Source of the DNA: Alphaproteobacteria bacterium
GTDB lineage: Bacteria > Pseudomonadota > Alphaproteobacteria > MPNO01
Length of the DNA: 64,000 nucleotides
Assembly (NCBI GenBank): GCA_964291675.2
Contig: OZ219866.1
Coordinates: 768,001-832,000, forward strand
Direction: 5' to 3'
Made by a program: the position numbers and the translations under genes. The notes beneath the pieces are model-generated. The model was not told the DNA's origin. It saw nothing but the letters and a program-made list of their open reading frames with translations, and did no database searches. Below, one piece after another: positions 48,815-60,155 of the stretch; the stretch's first letter is position 1; each line of letters opens with the position of its first letter.

Positions 48815-49567
48815 TCAGACGCCCATCCCGTCTTCCTGCCGCCGGTCCTCCAGCGCCGCCGCGACCGCCGCCAGCAACGATTCGAGCTCTGGCCGGGCGG
48901 CGCGCCGGACCGCGCGCCAGGGGAGCGCCGCCGCCGCCTCGGCGACCCGGGCGGACAGGCAGATCGCCGCGATGCGGGCGCACCAGGCTTCCGATCCGTC
49001 CCGCCCCAGCGTGCCGGCGAAGGCCCGGGCCGCGCCGGCGGAGAAGAACAGTGCGAGCGCGATGCCGCCCGCGGCGAGAAGCGCGCGGACGCCGACGGGC
49101 AGCGGCAGCGGCACCGTCCGGTAGAGCGCCTCCGGCGCGGCGTCGAAGCCTTTGTCGGCCAGCGCCCGGCACAGCGCGTCCCCGGCCGCCTCGCCGGCGG
49201 CATGCACCAGCCTGCCGCAGGCAGGATCGAGCATCCGGGCGGCGAGGCGGGCGAGGTCGCACGCATCGCCGCCCGCGCTCGCCACCGGGCGGAAACCCGC
49301 CGCGCGGGCGAGCGCGGCGGTGGCGTCGCCGACCGCGAGCACGGGGATGTCGCGCGCCGCCGTCGCGCCGGCGAGCGCGCGCACCCCGTTGCGGCTGGTC
49401 GCGAGCAGGCTCTGCACGCCGTCGAGATCGAGCGGCGGACGCGCCGCGATCTCGATCCTGGTCGCCGGCGCGACGACCGGCTCGATCCCCATCGCCGCCA
49501 GCCGCGCAGCGGTCTCGGCCGCGTCCTCGGCGGGCCGGGTCACCAGAGCGCGCAGCGGTTCGGCCAT
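48815..49567 (-). CDS. hemD: Uroporphyrinogen-III synthase
   Basis: LVTRP, TSRNGV, AVGDATA..AR..GF, LYRT, FFS. Confidence 0.92.
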   Translation of the reverse strand: MAEPLRALVTRPAEDAAETAARLAAMGIEPVVAPATRIEIAARPPLDLDGVQSLLATSRNGVRALAGATAARDIPVLAVGDATAALARAAGFRPVASAGGDACDLARLAARMLDPACGRLVHAAGEAAGDALCRALADKGFDAAPEALYRTVPLPLPVGVRALLAAGGIALALFFSAGAARAFAGTLGRDGSEAWCARIAAICLSARVAEAAAALPWRAVRRAARPELESLLAAVAAALEDRRQEDGMGV

Positions 49568-49574
49568 CGCCGCC

Positions 49575-50516
49575 TCACCCGCCCGCGAAATGGGCCGGGG
49601 TGGCGCGGGCGCGGAGCTCGCGCGCCGCATCGGCGCCGAGCGCCGCCGCATCCGCCCGTCCGCCGCCGCGCACGGCCTCCAGCAGCTCCGCGCCGTCCGG
49701 GCGGACCAGGATGGCGCGCAGCGAGATCGCCTCCTCCCGCGGCACGGCAAGCGCGGCGATCGGCGTTCGGCAGGACCCGTCGAGCCCGGCGAGCAGGGCG
49801 CGCTCGGCGGCGGCGGCGTCCGCGCTCTCGGCATCGTCGATGGCGCGCAACCGCTCGCGGACGGCGGCGTCGCCGGCGCGGCATTCGATGCCGACGATCC
49901 CCTGGCACACGGCGGGCAGCATCTCGTCAGGCTGTAGCACGGCGTGCGCCTTGTCGGCGAGGCCGAGGCGGTGGAGCCCGGCGAGCGCCAACAGGGTGGC
50001 ATCCGCCTCGCCCGCCGCGAGCTTGCGCAGCCGGGTCTCGACATTGCCGCGGAACGGGATTACGGCGAAGTCGGGGCGGGCATGGCGCAGCAGCGCGCCG
50101 CGCCTGAGCGAAGCGGTGCCCACCCTGGCCCCTTGCGCGAGACCGGCGAGACCGTCCGCTCCGGCATCCGCGTCGGCCGCGATCAGGACATCGCGCGGGT
50201 CGGCGCGCGGCAGCATTGCGCCGATCGCGAGCCCGTCCGGCAGACGGGTCGGCATGTCCTTCATCGAATGGACCGCGATGTCGATCCGCCCGTCCAGAAG
50301 GGCCTCCTCGATCTCCTTGGTGAACAGCCCCTTGCCGCCGATCGCGGCGAGCGGGCCCTGCAACATGCGGTCGCCCGTGGTATGGATGGCCTCGAAGACG
50401 ATCGCGCCCGGCTCGCGCAGCGCGGGATCGGCCGCGGCCAGGCGGCGGCCCACCTCGTCGGCCTGCGCCCGGGCGAGCGGGCTGGCACGTGTTCCGATCC
50501 TGATCCGTGCGCTCAT
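49575..50516 (-). CDS. hemC: Hydroxymethylbilane synthase
   Basis: RIGTR.SPLA..Q, GGKGLFTKEIE, AVHSMKDMP, RGNVETRL.KL, LDGSCRTPIA. Confidence 0.97.
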   Translation of the reverse strand: MSARIRIGTRASPLARAQADEVGRRLAAADPALREPGAIVFEAIHTTGDRMLQGPLAAIGGKGLFTKEIEEALLDGRIDIAVHSMKDMPTRLPDGLAIGAMLPRADPRDVLIAADADAGADGLAGLAQGARVGTASLRRGALLRHARPDFAVIPFRGNVETRLRKLAAGEADATLLALAGLHRLGLADKAHAVLQPDEMLPAVCQGIVGIECRAGDAAVRERLRAIDDAESADAAAAERALLAGLDGSCRTPIAALAVPREEAISLRAILVRPDGAELLEAVRGGGRADAAALGADAARELRARATPAHFAGG

Positions 50517-50602
50517 CGCGGACCGCATAGAATGGGAAATGGGATCATAGGCGAATCGATGTCAAACAACGCCGACAAGCTGCGCAGGGCACGCGCCGCC
50601 CG

Positions 50603-51637
50603 ATGAGCCTGGTGCTCGGCATCGAGACGAGCTGCGACGAGACCGCGGCGGCGGTGGTCGACGACCGGCGGAGAATCCTCGCCGACGTGGTGCGCGGCCA
50701 GCTCGACGCCCACCGGGACTATGGCGGGGTGGTGCCGGAGATCGCCGCGCGCGCCCATCTCGAGGCGGTCGACCTCGTGGTCGCGCGGGCCATGAAGGAT
50801 GCCGGGATCGGTTTCGATGCGCTCGACGGGGTGGCGGCGACCGCCGGGCCCGGGCTGATCGGCGGCGTCATCGTCGGCGCGATGACCGGAAAGGCGATCG
50901 CCGCCGCGCACGACCTGCCGTTCCTCGCGGTCAACCATCTCGAAGCCCATGTGCTGACGGCGCGGCTGACCGATGCGGTCGACTTCCCCTATCTCGCGCT
51001 GCTGGTCTCGGGCGGACACTGCCAGTTCGTCGCGGTCGCGGGCGTCGGGCGCCACCGCCTGCTCGGTTCGACGGTCGACGACGCGGCGGGCGAGGCGTTC
51101 GACAAGGTGGGCAAGATGCTGGGGCTCGGCTATCCCGGCGGGCCGGCGGTCGAGCGCGCGGCGGCGGGCGGCGATCCCGCGCGCTTCGCCCTGCCCCGTC
51201 CGCTGCGCGGCAGGCCGGGCTGCGATTTCTCCTTCTCCGGCCTCAAGACCGCCCTGCGCCACGCCGTCGAGGCGCTGCCGCCGGGCCCGCTCGCGGACGC
51301 CGACATCGCCGATCTCTGCGCCGGCTTCCAGGAGGCGGTGGCCGATGCGATGGCCGACCGCACCGCGAACGCGATCGCGCTCTTCCGCCGTCAGTGCCCC
51401 GGCGGGGAGACCCTGGTGGCCGTCGGCGGGGTCGCGGCCAACCAGGCCCTGCGCACCCGTATCGAGAGCGTCGCGCAAGAGCACGGCCTGGCCTTCGTCG
51501 CGCCGCCGCCGCGGCTCTGCACCGACAACGCGGCGATGGTCGCCTGGGCCGGGATCGAGCGCCTCGCGCTCGGCCTCGCCGACGGGCTCGACTTCGCCCC
51601 CCGCCCGCGCTGGCCGCTAGAAGAGCTCGCCGGATGA
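50603..51637 (+). CDS. tsaD: tRNA N6-adenosine threonylcarbamoyltransferase
   Basis: [50 protein letters not shown]. Confidence 0.97.
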   Translation: MSLVLGIETSCDETAAAVVDDRRRILADVVRGQLDAHRDYGGVVPEIAARAHLEAVDLVVARAMKDAGIGFDALDGVAATAGPGLIGGVIVGAMTGKAIAAAHDLPFLAVNHLEAHVLTARLTDAVDFPYLALLVSGGHCQFVAVAGVGRHRLLGSTVDDAAGEAFDKVGKMLGLGYPGGPAVERAAAGGDPARFALPRPLRGRPGCDFSFSGLKTALRHAVEALPPGPLADADIADLCAGFQEAVADAMADRTANAIALFRRQCPGGETLVAVGGVAANQALRTRIESVAQEHGLAFVAPPPRLCTDNAAMVAWAGIERLALGLADGLDFAPRPRWPLEELAG

Positions 51638-52842
51638 CCGGCCCGCTCGACGGTTTTCGCGTGCTCGACCTGAGCTCGGTCGTGCTCGGCCCCTTCGCCA
51701 CCCAGGTGCTGGGCGACCTCGGCGCCGAGGTGATCAAGATCGAGTCCCCGGAAGGCGACACCACGCGCAGCACTGGGCCCGGCCGCTCGCCCGGCATGGC
51801 GGCGCTGTTCATGGGGGTCAACCGGAACAAGCGCTCGGTCGTGCTCGACCTCAAGCAGGCGGCGGCCCGGGACGCGCTGTGGCGGCTGATCGACGGCGCC
51901 GACGTGTTTCTCCACTCGATCCGCCCGCAGAAGCTCGCCCGGCTCGGCTTCGGCCACGAGAGCGTGTGCGCGCGCAACCCGCGCATCGTCTATGCCGGGC
52001 TGCACGGCTACCGCACCGACGGCCCCTATGGCGGCCAGCCCGCCTATGACGACGTGATTCAGGGGCGCAGCGGCAGCGCCGATCTGATGGCCCGGCTGGT
52101 CGGCGAACCGCGCTACATGCCGACCATCATGGCCGACAAGACCTGCGCCCTGGTCGCCGCCTATGCGGTGATCGCCGCCCTGCTTCAGCGCGAGCGCAGC
52201 GGAAGCGGCCAGTTCGTCGAGATCCCGATGTTCGAGACCATGGCCGCGTTCAACCTGACCGAACACATCTACGGCCGCGCCTTCGACCCGGCCGAGGCGG
52301 AGATGGGCTACCCGAGGGTGCTGGTGCCGTGGCGCCGCCCCTACCCCACGGCGGACGGCTATATCTGCATGCTCGCCTATACCGACGAGCAATGGCGCCG
52401 CTTCTGGCGCGAGGTCGGCCGGCCGGAGCTGATCGACGATCCGCGGTTCGACTCGCTCAAGAGCCGGAGCGACAACATCGACGAGGTCTACCGCACCGCC
52501 GGGGAATGCCTGAAGGGGCGGGGCAGCGCGGAATGGGCGGCGGTCTTCGAGCGCCTGGAGATCCCCGCCGCCCCGGTGACCTCGCTGGAAGGGCTGATGC
52601 AGGACCCGCATCTTGACGCGGTCGGGTTCTTCCAGCGCCGCACCCATCCGAGCGAGGGCGGGGTGGTGTTGACCGACCCGCCGGTCCGGTTCTCCGCGAA
52701 CGGGGCGGGAATCCGGCGGCTGCAGCCGCGGCTCGGCGAGCATTCCGCCGAGGTGCTGGAAGAGGCCGGGCTGGACGAAGCCGAGATCGCCGCGTTGTTC
52801 GCCGCCGGCGCCTCCATCGACGGGCGAGCGCAAGGAGAGTGA
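51634..52842 (+). CDS. CaiB/BaiF family III CoA-transferase
   Basis: [48 protein letters not shown]. Confidence 0.93.
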   Translation: MTGPLDGFRVLDLSSVVLGPFATQVLGDLGAEVIKIESPEGDTTRSTGPGRSPGMAALFMGVNRNKRSVVLDLKQAAARDALWRLIDGADVFLHSIRPQKLARLGFGHESVCARNPRIVYAGLHGYRTDGPYGGQPAYDDVIQGRSGSADLMARLVGEPRYMPTIMADKTCALVAAYAVIAALLQRERSGSGQFVEIPMFETMAAFNLTEHIYGRAFDPAEAEMGYPRVLVPWRRPYPTADGYICMLAYTDEQWRRFWREVGRPELIDDPRFDSLKSRSDNIDEVYRTAGECLKGRGSAEWAAVFERLEIPAAPVTSLEGLMQDPHLDAVGFFQRRTHPSEGGVVLTDPPVRFSANGAGIRRLQPRLGEHSAEVLEEAGLDEAEIAALFAAGASIDGRAQGE

Positions 52843-52843
52843 G

Positions 52844-53314
52844 ATGAAGACCATCGGCATCGGCTTCTACTGGGACGAGCTCGCCATCGGCGACCGCTTC
52901 CGCACGCTGAACCGGACCATCACCGAGCCCGACATCGTGGGCTTCATCGGGGTCACCGGCATGGTCGAGACGATCTTCACCGACCTCTCGTTCAGCGAGT
53001 CGGGGCACGGCGCGATCCAGGGCCGGGTGGTGCCGGCGGCCTGCACCTACACCATCATCGAGGGGCTCTTGTGCCAGTCGGCGATGCAGACCACCGGGCT
53101 CGCGCTGCTCGAGGTAGAGAAGAAGGTGCTGAAACCCGTCTTCGCCGGCGACACCGTCCACGCCGAGGTCGAGGTCACCGCGATCCGCCCGACCAGCAAG
53201 GGCAACCGGGGCATCGTGACCACGACCAACGACGTGATCAACCAGAAGGGCGACACGGTGATTTCCTACCGCGCCGTCCGCATGATGGCGGGCAGGCCGG
53301 AGGACGGGGGATAG
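52844..53314 (+). CDS. MaoC-family (hotdog) dehydratase
   Basis: RTITE.DI..F...TG, PVFAGDTV, NQKG..V. Confidence 0.88.
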   Translation: MKTIGIGFYWDELAIGDRFRTLNRTITEPDIVGFIGVTGMVETIFTDLSFSESGHGAIQGRVVPAACTYTIIEGLLCQSAMQTTGLALLEVEKKVLKPVFAGDTVHAEVEVTAIRPTSKGNRGIVTTTNDVINQKGDTVISYRAVRMMAGRPEDGG

Positions 53315-53327
53315 CGCGGCCGCCCGC

Positions 53328-53801
53328 TCAACGCTTGCAGCCGTCGGCGTTCACGCGGAGGTATTGCTCGACGAACCCGCCCAGATGTTCCGCTATCGAG
53401 TCCATTATGTATTCCGGGCTTCCGCCATGCGTGCCGGTGCTGCCGGAGATCCAGGTCGCGGCGGAGCCTTCTTCGCCCGATGCCGGATCCTTCAGCCATT
53501 TCCGGTACTCGATGCCAACATGGAAGGCGGGACCCACCACGCTCACGCGGACGTCGAGATACGCCAGGCCGTCGGGGTCGTAGATGCCCGCCGCCCCGAG
53601 CCTGCGGCGCACGGCGGTCGCGATCGCCTTTTCCGTCAGGCCGATGCCGGCAGGGCCTCCGGTCGCGCTCTCGACCACCAGGTCGATCGGCCGGCAGTCG
53701 TTCCACAGCTCGAAACGGGCCTCCGCAGGTACGGTCGCCGGCCAGGCCGGCGCGGCGGCGAGCAGCGCGAGGGCAGCGAACGGGACGGTCGGGCGCAGCA
53801 T
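53328..53801 (-). CDS. Secreted hypothetical protein with N- and C-terminal Cys
   Basis: Signal peptide; FELWNDC near the N-terminus and YLRVNADGC at the end. Confidence 0.75.
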   Translation of the reverse strand: MLRPTVPFAALALLAAAPAWPATVPAEARFELWNDCRPIDLVVESATGGPAGIGLTEKAIATAVRRRLGAAGIYDPDGLAYLDVRVSVVGPAFHVGIEYRKWLKDPASGEEGSAATWISGSTGTHGGSPEYIMDSIAEHLGGFVEQYLRVNADGCKR

Positions 53802-53940
53802 GCGGCCACTATATCCGGTGCCTCCGGGCTCGCGTAGGCGGCGCAGCCCGGTGTGCCGCGAACTGGAATGCCGGCGCGAAAGCGCCTATATTCAACCGGA
53901 AGTTGTCGCGTCGGGACGACGCGGGGAGGCGGCCGGTCCG

Positions 53941-54411
53941 ATGGATCTCGCGCAGGCGATCGACGCTGGCGTGCCCTTGGCCGCCATCATGGTGCCGGCC
54001 TTCGTTATCGGCTTCGGCGCCATCTGGCTGGCGATGCACACCGGATTCAACAATATACGGGTCGAATTCGCAGACCTGCGGCGCGAATTCGGCGGGCTGC
54101 GCAGCGAGGTGCACGGCGAGATCGCCAGCCTGCGCGGCGAGATCGGCAGCCTGCGCAGCGAGCTGCACGGCGAGGTGGCCAGCCTGCGCGGCGAGGTGGG
54201 TGAGCTGCGCGGCGAGGTGGGTGAGCTGCGCGGCGAGGTGGGCGAGCTGCGCGGCGAGGTGGGCCGTTTGCGCGACGAGGTGAGCGACTTGCGGAAAGAC
54301 CTCCGCAGCCTCTCCGAAAGGGTCGATGGCATCGCTGAGCGCGTCGCCAGGATCGAAGGCCGGCTCGACGCGCGGGACACCGCCACCCCGCCGGTTCCGG
54401 CGGGAGAGTGA
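53941..54411 (+). CDS. Membrane-anchored coiled-coil repeat protein (156 aa)
   Basis: GGGGAGG RBS; hydrophobic N-terminal segment, LRGEVGE heptads, ERVARIEG end. Confidence 0.75.
   Translation: MDLAQAIDAGVPLAAIMVPAFVIGFGAIWLAMHTGFNNIRVEFADLRREFGGLRSEVHGEIASLRGEIGSLRSELHGEVASLRGEVGELRGEVGELRGEVGELRGEVGRLRDEVSDLRKDLRSLSERVDGIAERVARIEGRLDARDTATPPVPAGE
54097..54267 (+). repeat. Intragenic tandem repeats (54-bp x2 overlapping 21-bp x4)
   Basis: 54097-54150 is similar to 54151-54204; CTGCGCGGCGAGGTGGGYGAG units start at 54184, 54205, 54226 and 54247. Confidence 0.9.
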
Positions 54412-54517
54412 CTTTCGCCGGGCGATGGTCCGGCTCTCGGCACATGGTCCCGAATTACCGATTTGGCAAATCGCGGCTTCGCGCTAGAGTCGGGGCAGAA
54501 ACCATTTCGGGGAGCGA

Positions 54518-55021
54518 ATGATGCAGAAATCCGAAGCCGCCCGCGGCCGCGGGATCGTCTTGCAGCCGGGCGAAGGGCGTTCGTTCTGGCAGCCGGTGCC
54601 GGCCAACGGTTTCGCGGAACCCCGGCTGGTGCCGGGAGCGACCGAGTTCGACGGCATGTCGCTCGGCTTCCAGACCATCGCGCCGGGGAGCTATGTGCGC
54701 GAGCACAGCCACGACGACCAGGTCGAGCTGCTGGTGGGCTTCTCCGGACGCGGTACGGTGAAGGTCGACGGGGTGCCGCACCCCATGGTGCCGGGGACGA
54801 CCTGCTTCCTCGGCTACGACGTCAAGCACCAGATCATCAACGAGACCGACGAGGACCTGGTGATGGTCTGGGTGATCGCGCCGGCCGGGCTGGAGGAATT
54901 CTTCGAGGTCATCGGCCGGCCGCGCGAGGAGGGCGAACCCGCGCCCGAACCCTTCCCGCGCCCGGTCGACACCGAAGCGATCGACCAGCGGAGCGGCATG
55001 AACGCCACGGCGGAGGCCTAG
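54518..55021 (+). CDS. Cupin domain protein
   Basis: PG..VREHSH..Q.E, G.G...VDG, H...N, WVIAP.GLE.FF. Confidence 0.88.
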   Translation: MMQKSEAARGRGIVLQPGEGRSFWQPVPANGFAEPRLVPGATEFDGMSLGFQTIAPGSYVREHSHDDQVELLVGFSGRGTVKVDGVPHPMVPGTTCFLGYDVKHQIINETDEDLVMVWVIAPAGLEEFFEVIGRPREEGEPAPEPFPRPVDTEAIDQRSGMNATAEA

Positions 55022-55822
55022 ATGCCGAAGGTCGATATCGGCGATGCGGAGATCTACTACGAGGAGGCGGGCAGCGGGCCGGCGCTGATGCTGGTGCCCG
55101 GGCTCGGCGGCAACGGCTCGTTCTGGGCCAGGCAGGTCGCGGCGTTCAAGGACGACTTCCGGGTGATCGTCCACGACCACCGGGGCGCCGGGCAGAGCAC
55201 CTACTCGCCGATCCGCTATTCGGTCGACCAGATGGCCGCCGACGTCCTCAAGCTGATGGACGCGCTCGGTATCGACCGGGCCCATTTCGTCGGCCATTCG
55301 ACCGGCGGGGCGATCGGACAGACCATCGCCCAGGACCACCCGGACCGGCTCAAGACCTTGGGGCTGAGCGCCACCTGGGCCGGGTCGGACGCCTATTTCC
55401 GTCGCTGCTTCGAGCTGCGCAAGGCGCTGCTCGAGACCTTCGGGCTGGAGCGCTACACCGAGATGACGGCGCTGGTCCTCAACCCGCCCTTCTGGGTGGT
55501 CGAAAACGACGGGGCGATCTCCGAAGCGGGGAAGGCGGCGCCCGGCAACAGCCCGCCGGTCGAGATCATGATCAGCCGGATCGACGGGATCATGGCCTTC
55601 GACCGCCGCGCGCGGATGGGCGAGATCGCCATGCCGACGCAGATCATCGTCGCCCGCGACGACATGGTGACGCCGATCCACATGACCGAGGAGCTCGCTT
55701 CCGGGATCCCGCATGCCGAGACGGCGGTGCTGGAGCGCGGCGGCCATTTCGTGCCGATCGTGCTGCCGGAGGACTACAACCCGCCGGTGCTCGACTTCCT
55801 GAGGAGGCACCGCGACCTCTGA
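55022..55822 (+). CDS. Alpha/beta hydrolase, RutD-like
   Basis: PGLGG.G.FW..Q, DHRG.G.S, GHSTGG nucleophile elbow, GGHF. Confidence 0.88.
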   Translation: MPKVDIGDAEIYYEEAGSGPALMLVPGLGGNGSFWARQVAAFKDDFRVIVHDHRGAGQSTYSPIRYSVDQMAADVLKLMDALGIDRAHFVGHSTGGAIGQTIAQDHPDRLKTLGLSATWAGSDAYFRRCFELRKALLETFGLERYTEMTALVLNPPFWVVENDGAISEAGKAAPGNSPPVEIMISRIDGIMAFDRRARMGEIAMPTQIIVARDDMVTPIHMTEELASGIPHAETAVLERGGHFVPIVLPEDYNPPVLDFLRRHRDL

Positions 55823-55843
55823 GCGGGCAGGAAGCGGCGTGCG

Positions 55844-57277
55844 GTGAGACGGATCGGCATTCTCGGCGCCGGCGCCTGGGGCACCGCGCTCGCCGCGGTC
55901 GCCCGCGAGGCCGGGCGCGATGTCGTGCTGTGGGCCAGGCGCGAAGACCATGCGCGCGCGATCGCCGAGACCGGCCGCAACGATGCCTACGGAGACGTCG
56001 GTCTCGGCCCCGGGATCGCCGCGACCGCCGACCTGGCGGAAGCAGCGGCGGCCGTCGACGCCGTGCTGCTGGCGGTGCCGGCCCAGGCAGTGCGCGAGAC
56101 CTGCGCGCGCACCGCCCCCCATCTCGCGCCGTCGGTGCCGGTCGCGGTCTGCGCCAAGGGCATCGAACGCGACAGCGCGATGACGATGAGCGAGGTCCTC
56201 GGCGAGGCGCTTCCCGCCAACCCGGTGGCGATCCTGTCGGGACCCACCTTCGCCGGCGAGGTGGCGCGCGGGCAGCCTGCCGCGGTCACGCTGGCTTGCC
56301 GCGACCATGCCCTTGCCGAGGCGCTGGCCGGCGCGCTGGCGACGCCGGCCTTCCGGCCCTACCACTCGGACGATGTGGCGGGCGCCGAGATCGGCGGCGC
56401 GGTCAAGAACGTGCTCGCCATCGCCTGCGGCATCACCGAGGGGCGCGGGCTCGGCGAGAACGCGCGGGCGGCGCTGATCACCCGCGGCCTGGCCGAGATG
56501 ACCCGGCTCGCCCGCGCCCGCGGCGGCCGGGCCGAGACCATGATGGGTCTGGCCGGGCTCGGCGACCTCGCGCTGACCTGCGCCAGCCGGAGCTCGCGCA
56601 ACTACAGCCACGGGGTGGCGCTCGGCGCCGGAAGGAAGCCGGCGGACAACGCGGTCGTGGAGGGCGTGCCGACCTCGGCCGCGCTCGCCCGCCTCGCCGG
56701 GCGGCATGGCGTCGAGATGCCGATCGCCGAAGCGGTGGCGGCGATCCTCCATCGCGGCGCCGATATCGACGCGGTGATCGCCGGCCTGCTCGCCCGGCCG
56801 CGCCGCGCCGAGGCATGGCCGGCATCGCCGAGCGTGGTATCGCAGCGGATCGGGAGACGAGAGATGGCGTACTGGCTGTTCAAATCCGAGCCCGGCGCCT
56901 GGTCGTGGGACGACCAGGTCAAGGCCGGCACCGCCGAATGGGACGGGGTTCGCAACTACCAGGCCGACAACAACATGAAGGCCATGAAGCTGGGCGACCG
57001 CGGGTTCTTCTACCACTCGGTCGATGCGCGGGAGATCGTGGGCGTGGTCGAGATCGTGCGCGAGCACTACCCCGACCCGACCGACCCCAAGGGCCGGTTC
57101 GGCATGGTCGACGTGAAGGCGCTGGTGCCGGTTGCCTCCCCGGTGACGCTCGCCGACATCAAGGCCGAGCCGGCGCTCTCCGGCATGGCGCTGGTGCGCC
57201 AGTCGCGGCTCTCGGTGAGCCCGGTCAGCGACGAGGAATGGACGCTGATCTGCAAGATGGCGGGCATCGAGGCGTGA
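55844..57277 (+). CDS. gpsA: NAD(P)H-dependent glycerol-3-phosphate dehydrogenase, in frame with downstream EVE domain
   Basis: GAGAWGTALA, CAKGIE, SGPTFA, GGAVKNVLAIACG, GLGDL.LTC...SRN; no stop after RPRRAE (56812). Confidence 0.9.
   Translation: MRRIGILGAGAWGTALAAVAREAGRDVVLWARREDHARAIAETGRNDAYGDVGLGPGIAATADLAEAAAAVDAVLLAVPAQAVRETCARTAPHLAPSVPVAVCAKGIERDSAMTMSEVLGEALPANPVAILSGPTFAGEVARGQPAAVTLACRDHALAEALAGALATPAFRPYHSDDVAGAEIGGAVKNVLAIACGITEGRGLGENARAALITRGLAEMTRLARARGGRAETMMGLAGLGDLALTCASRSSRNYSHGVALGAGRKPADNAVVEGVPTSAALARLAGRHGVEMPIAEAVAAILHRGADIDAVIAGLLARPRRAEAWPASPSVVSQRIGRREMAYWLFKSEPGAWSWDDQVKAGTAEWDGVRNYQADNNMKAMKLGDRGFFYHSVDAREIVGVVEIVREHYPDPTDPKGRFGMVDVKALVPVASPVTLADIKAEPALSGMALVRQSRLSVSPVSDEEWTLICKMAGIEA
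56864..57277 (+). CDS. EVE domain protein (own RBS and ATG inside the gpsA frame)
   Basis: MAYWLFKSEP..WSW, WDGVRNYQA, GD..FFYHS, SRLSV.PV. Confidence 0.88.
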   Translation: MAYWLFKSEPGAWSWDDQVKAGTAEWDGVRNYQADNNMKAMKLGDRGFFYHSVDAREIVGVVEIVREHYPDPTDPKGRFGMVDVKALVPVASPVTLADIKAEPALSGMALVRQSRLSVSPVSDEEWTLICKMAGIEA

Positions 57278-57591
57278 CAACGCTCTGCGCGCTCGCCGAC
57301 ATCGCCGATCCGGGCGGCAAGGGGTTCGTGCTGGAGGACGGCAGGCGGATCTTCGTGATCCGCCGCGGCGGGGTCGTCCGGGGCTACCTCAACGCCTGCC
57401 CGCATCAGGGCGTGCCGCTCGACTGGCGTCCCGACGTGTTCCTGAGCGTCGACAAGTCGGTCATCCAGTGTTCCACCCACGGCGCGCAGTTTCGCATCGA
57501 GGACGGCGAATGCCTCGCCGGGCCGTGCCTGGGCGCCGCGCTGCGCGCGGTCCCGGTGGCGCTGGCCGGCGGTATGGTGGTGGCGGGCTGA
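57274..57591 (+). CDS. Rieske [2Fe-2S] ferredoxin-like protein
   Basis: N.CPHQG, CSTHGAQF...DG.C..GPC; GTGA overlap with the upstream stop. Confidence 0.9.
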   Translation: MTTLCALADIADPGGKGFVLEDGRRIFVIRRGGVVRGYLNACPHQGVPLDWRPDVFLSVDKSVIQCSTHGAQFRIEDGECLAGPCLGAALRAVPVALAGGMVVAG

Positions 57592-57667
57592 GGCGGACGG
57601 TCGGTCTTCTTGTCACCCTTCGGGATCGACCCCATAATCGCCGCGCCACGAACAGGGGGTCACGGTC

Positions 57668-59608
<1,941 letters not shown>

Positions 59609-59617
59609 CGCCGGCCC

Positions 59618-60139
59618 ATGGCCCGGCCCGAACCGGCGGACTGGTCGCGCCGCCTGTTCGACCTCCTGGTCGAGGCGGGGGTGACGCTGTTCGCCTACGT
59701 TCCCGATGCCGGCAACCAGGCGCTGATCGACCTCGCCGAGGCGGGCAACGACACGCGGGCGGTGCTGCTGTCGAGCGAGCAGGAGGGTATCGCGCTCGCC
59801 GCCGGCGCCGATCTGGTGGGCGCCCGCGCGGTCGTCTGCATGCAGTCCTCGGGCGTCGGCAACTGCCCCAACATGCTGTCGTTGATCGGCGGCGGCCGCT
59901 TCCCGTTGCTCGCGATCGTGACCATGCGCGGCGATTACGGCGAGATGAACCCGTGGCAATACCCGATGGGCCGCGCCGTGGGACCGGTGCTCGAGGCGAT
60001 GGGCATCCTGTCCTACCGGGTCGAGGGGCCGGGCGACCTGGAGGCGGCGGCGCGCGCGGCGATCGACGCGGCGTGGCGCGGCGGCCAGGGCACCGCCCTG
60101 GTGCTGTCGCAGCGCTTCCTCGGCGCCAAGCCGTTCTGA
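59618..60139 (+). CDS. Sulfopyruvate/phosphonopyruvate decarboxylase-like alpha subunit (TPP PYR domain)
   Basis: YVPD, E.EGIA..AG..L.G, MQSSGVGN, TMRG..GE.NPWQ.PMG. Confidence 0.85.
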   Translation: MARPEPADWSRRLFDLLVEAGVTLFAYVPDAGNQALIDLAEAGNDTRAVLLSSEQEGIALAAGADLVGARAVVCMQSSGVGNCPNMLSLIGGGRFPLLAIVTMRGDYGEMNPWQYPMGRAVGPVLEAMGILSYRVEGPGDLEAAARAAIDAAWRGGQGTALVLSQRFLGAKPF

Positions 60140-60155
60140 GGAGGCGCGGCGGGCG

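Noticed and set aside
53328-53339. C-K-R-TGA at the end of a secreted protein as a second CxxU selenoprotein
   Set aside because: Read-through runs straight into the antisense strand of the convergent MaoC gene and is not protein-like; this is an ordinary stop.
54097-54267. CRISPR-like array
   Set aside because: The repeats are contiguous with no unique spacers, have lengths that are multiples of three, and lie in a coding frame; no cas genes are present.
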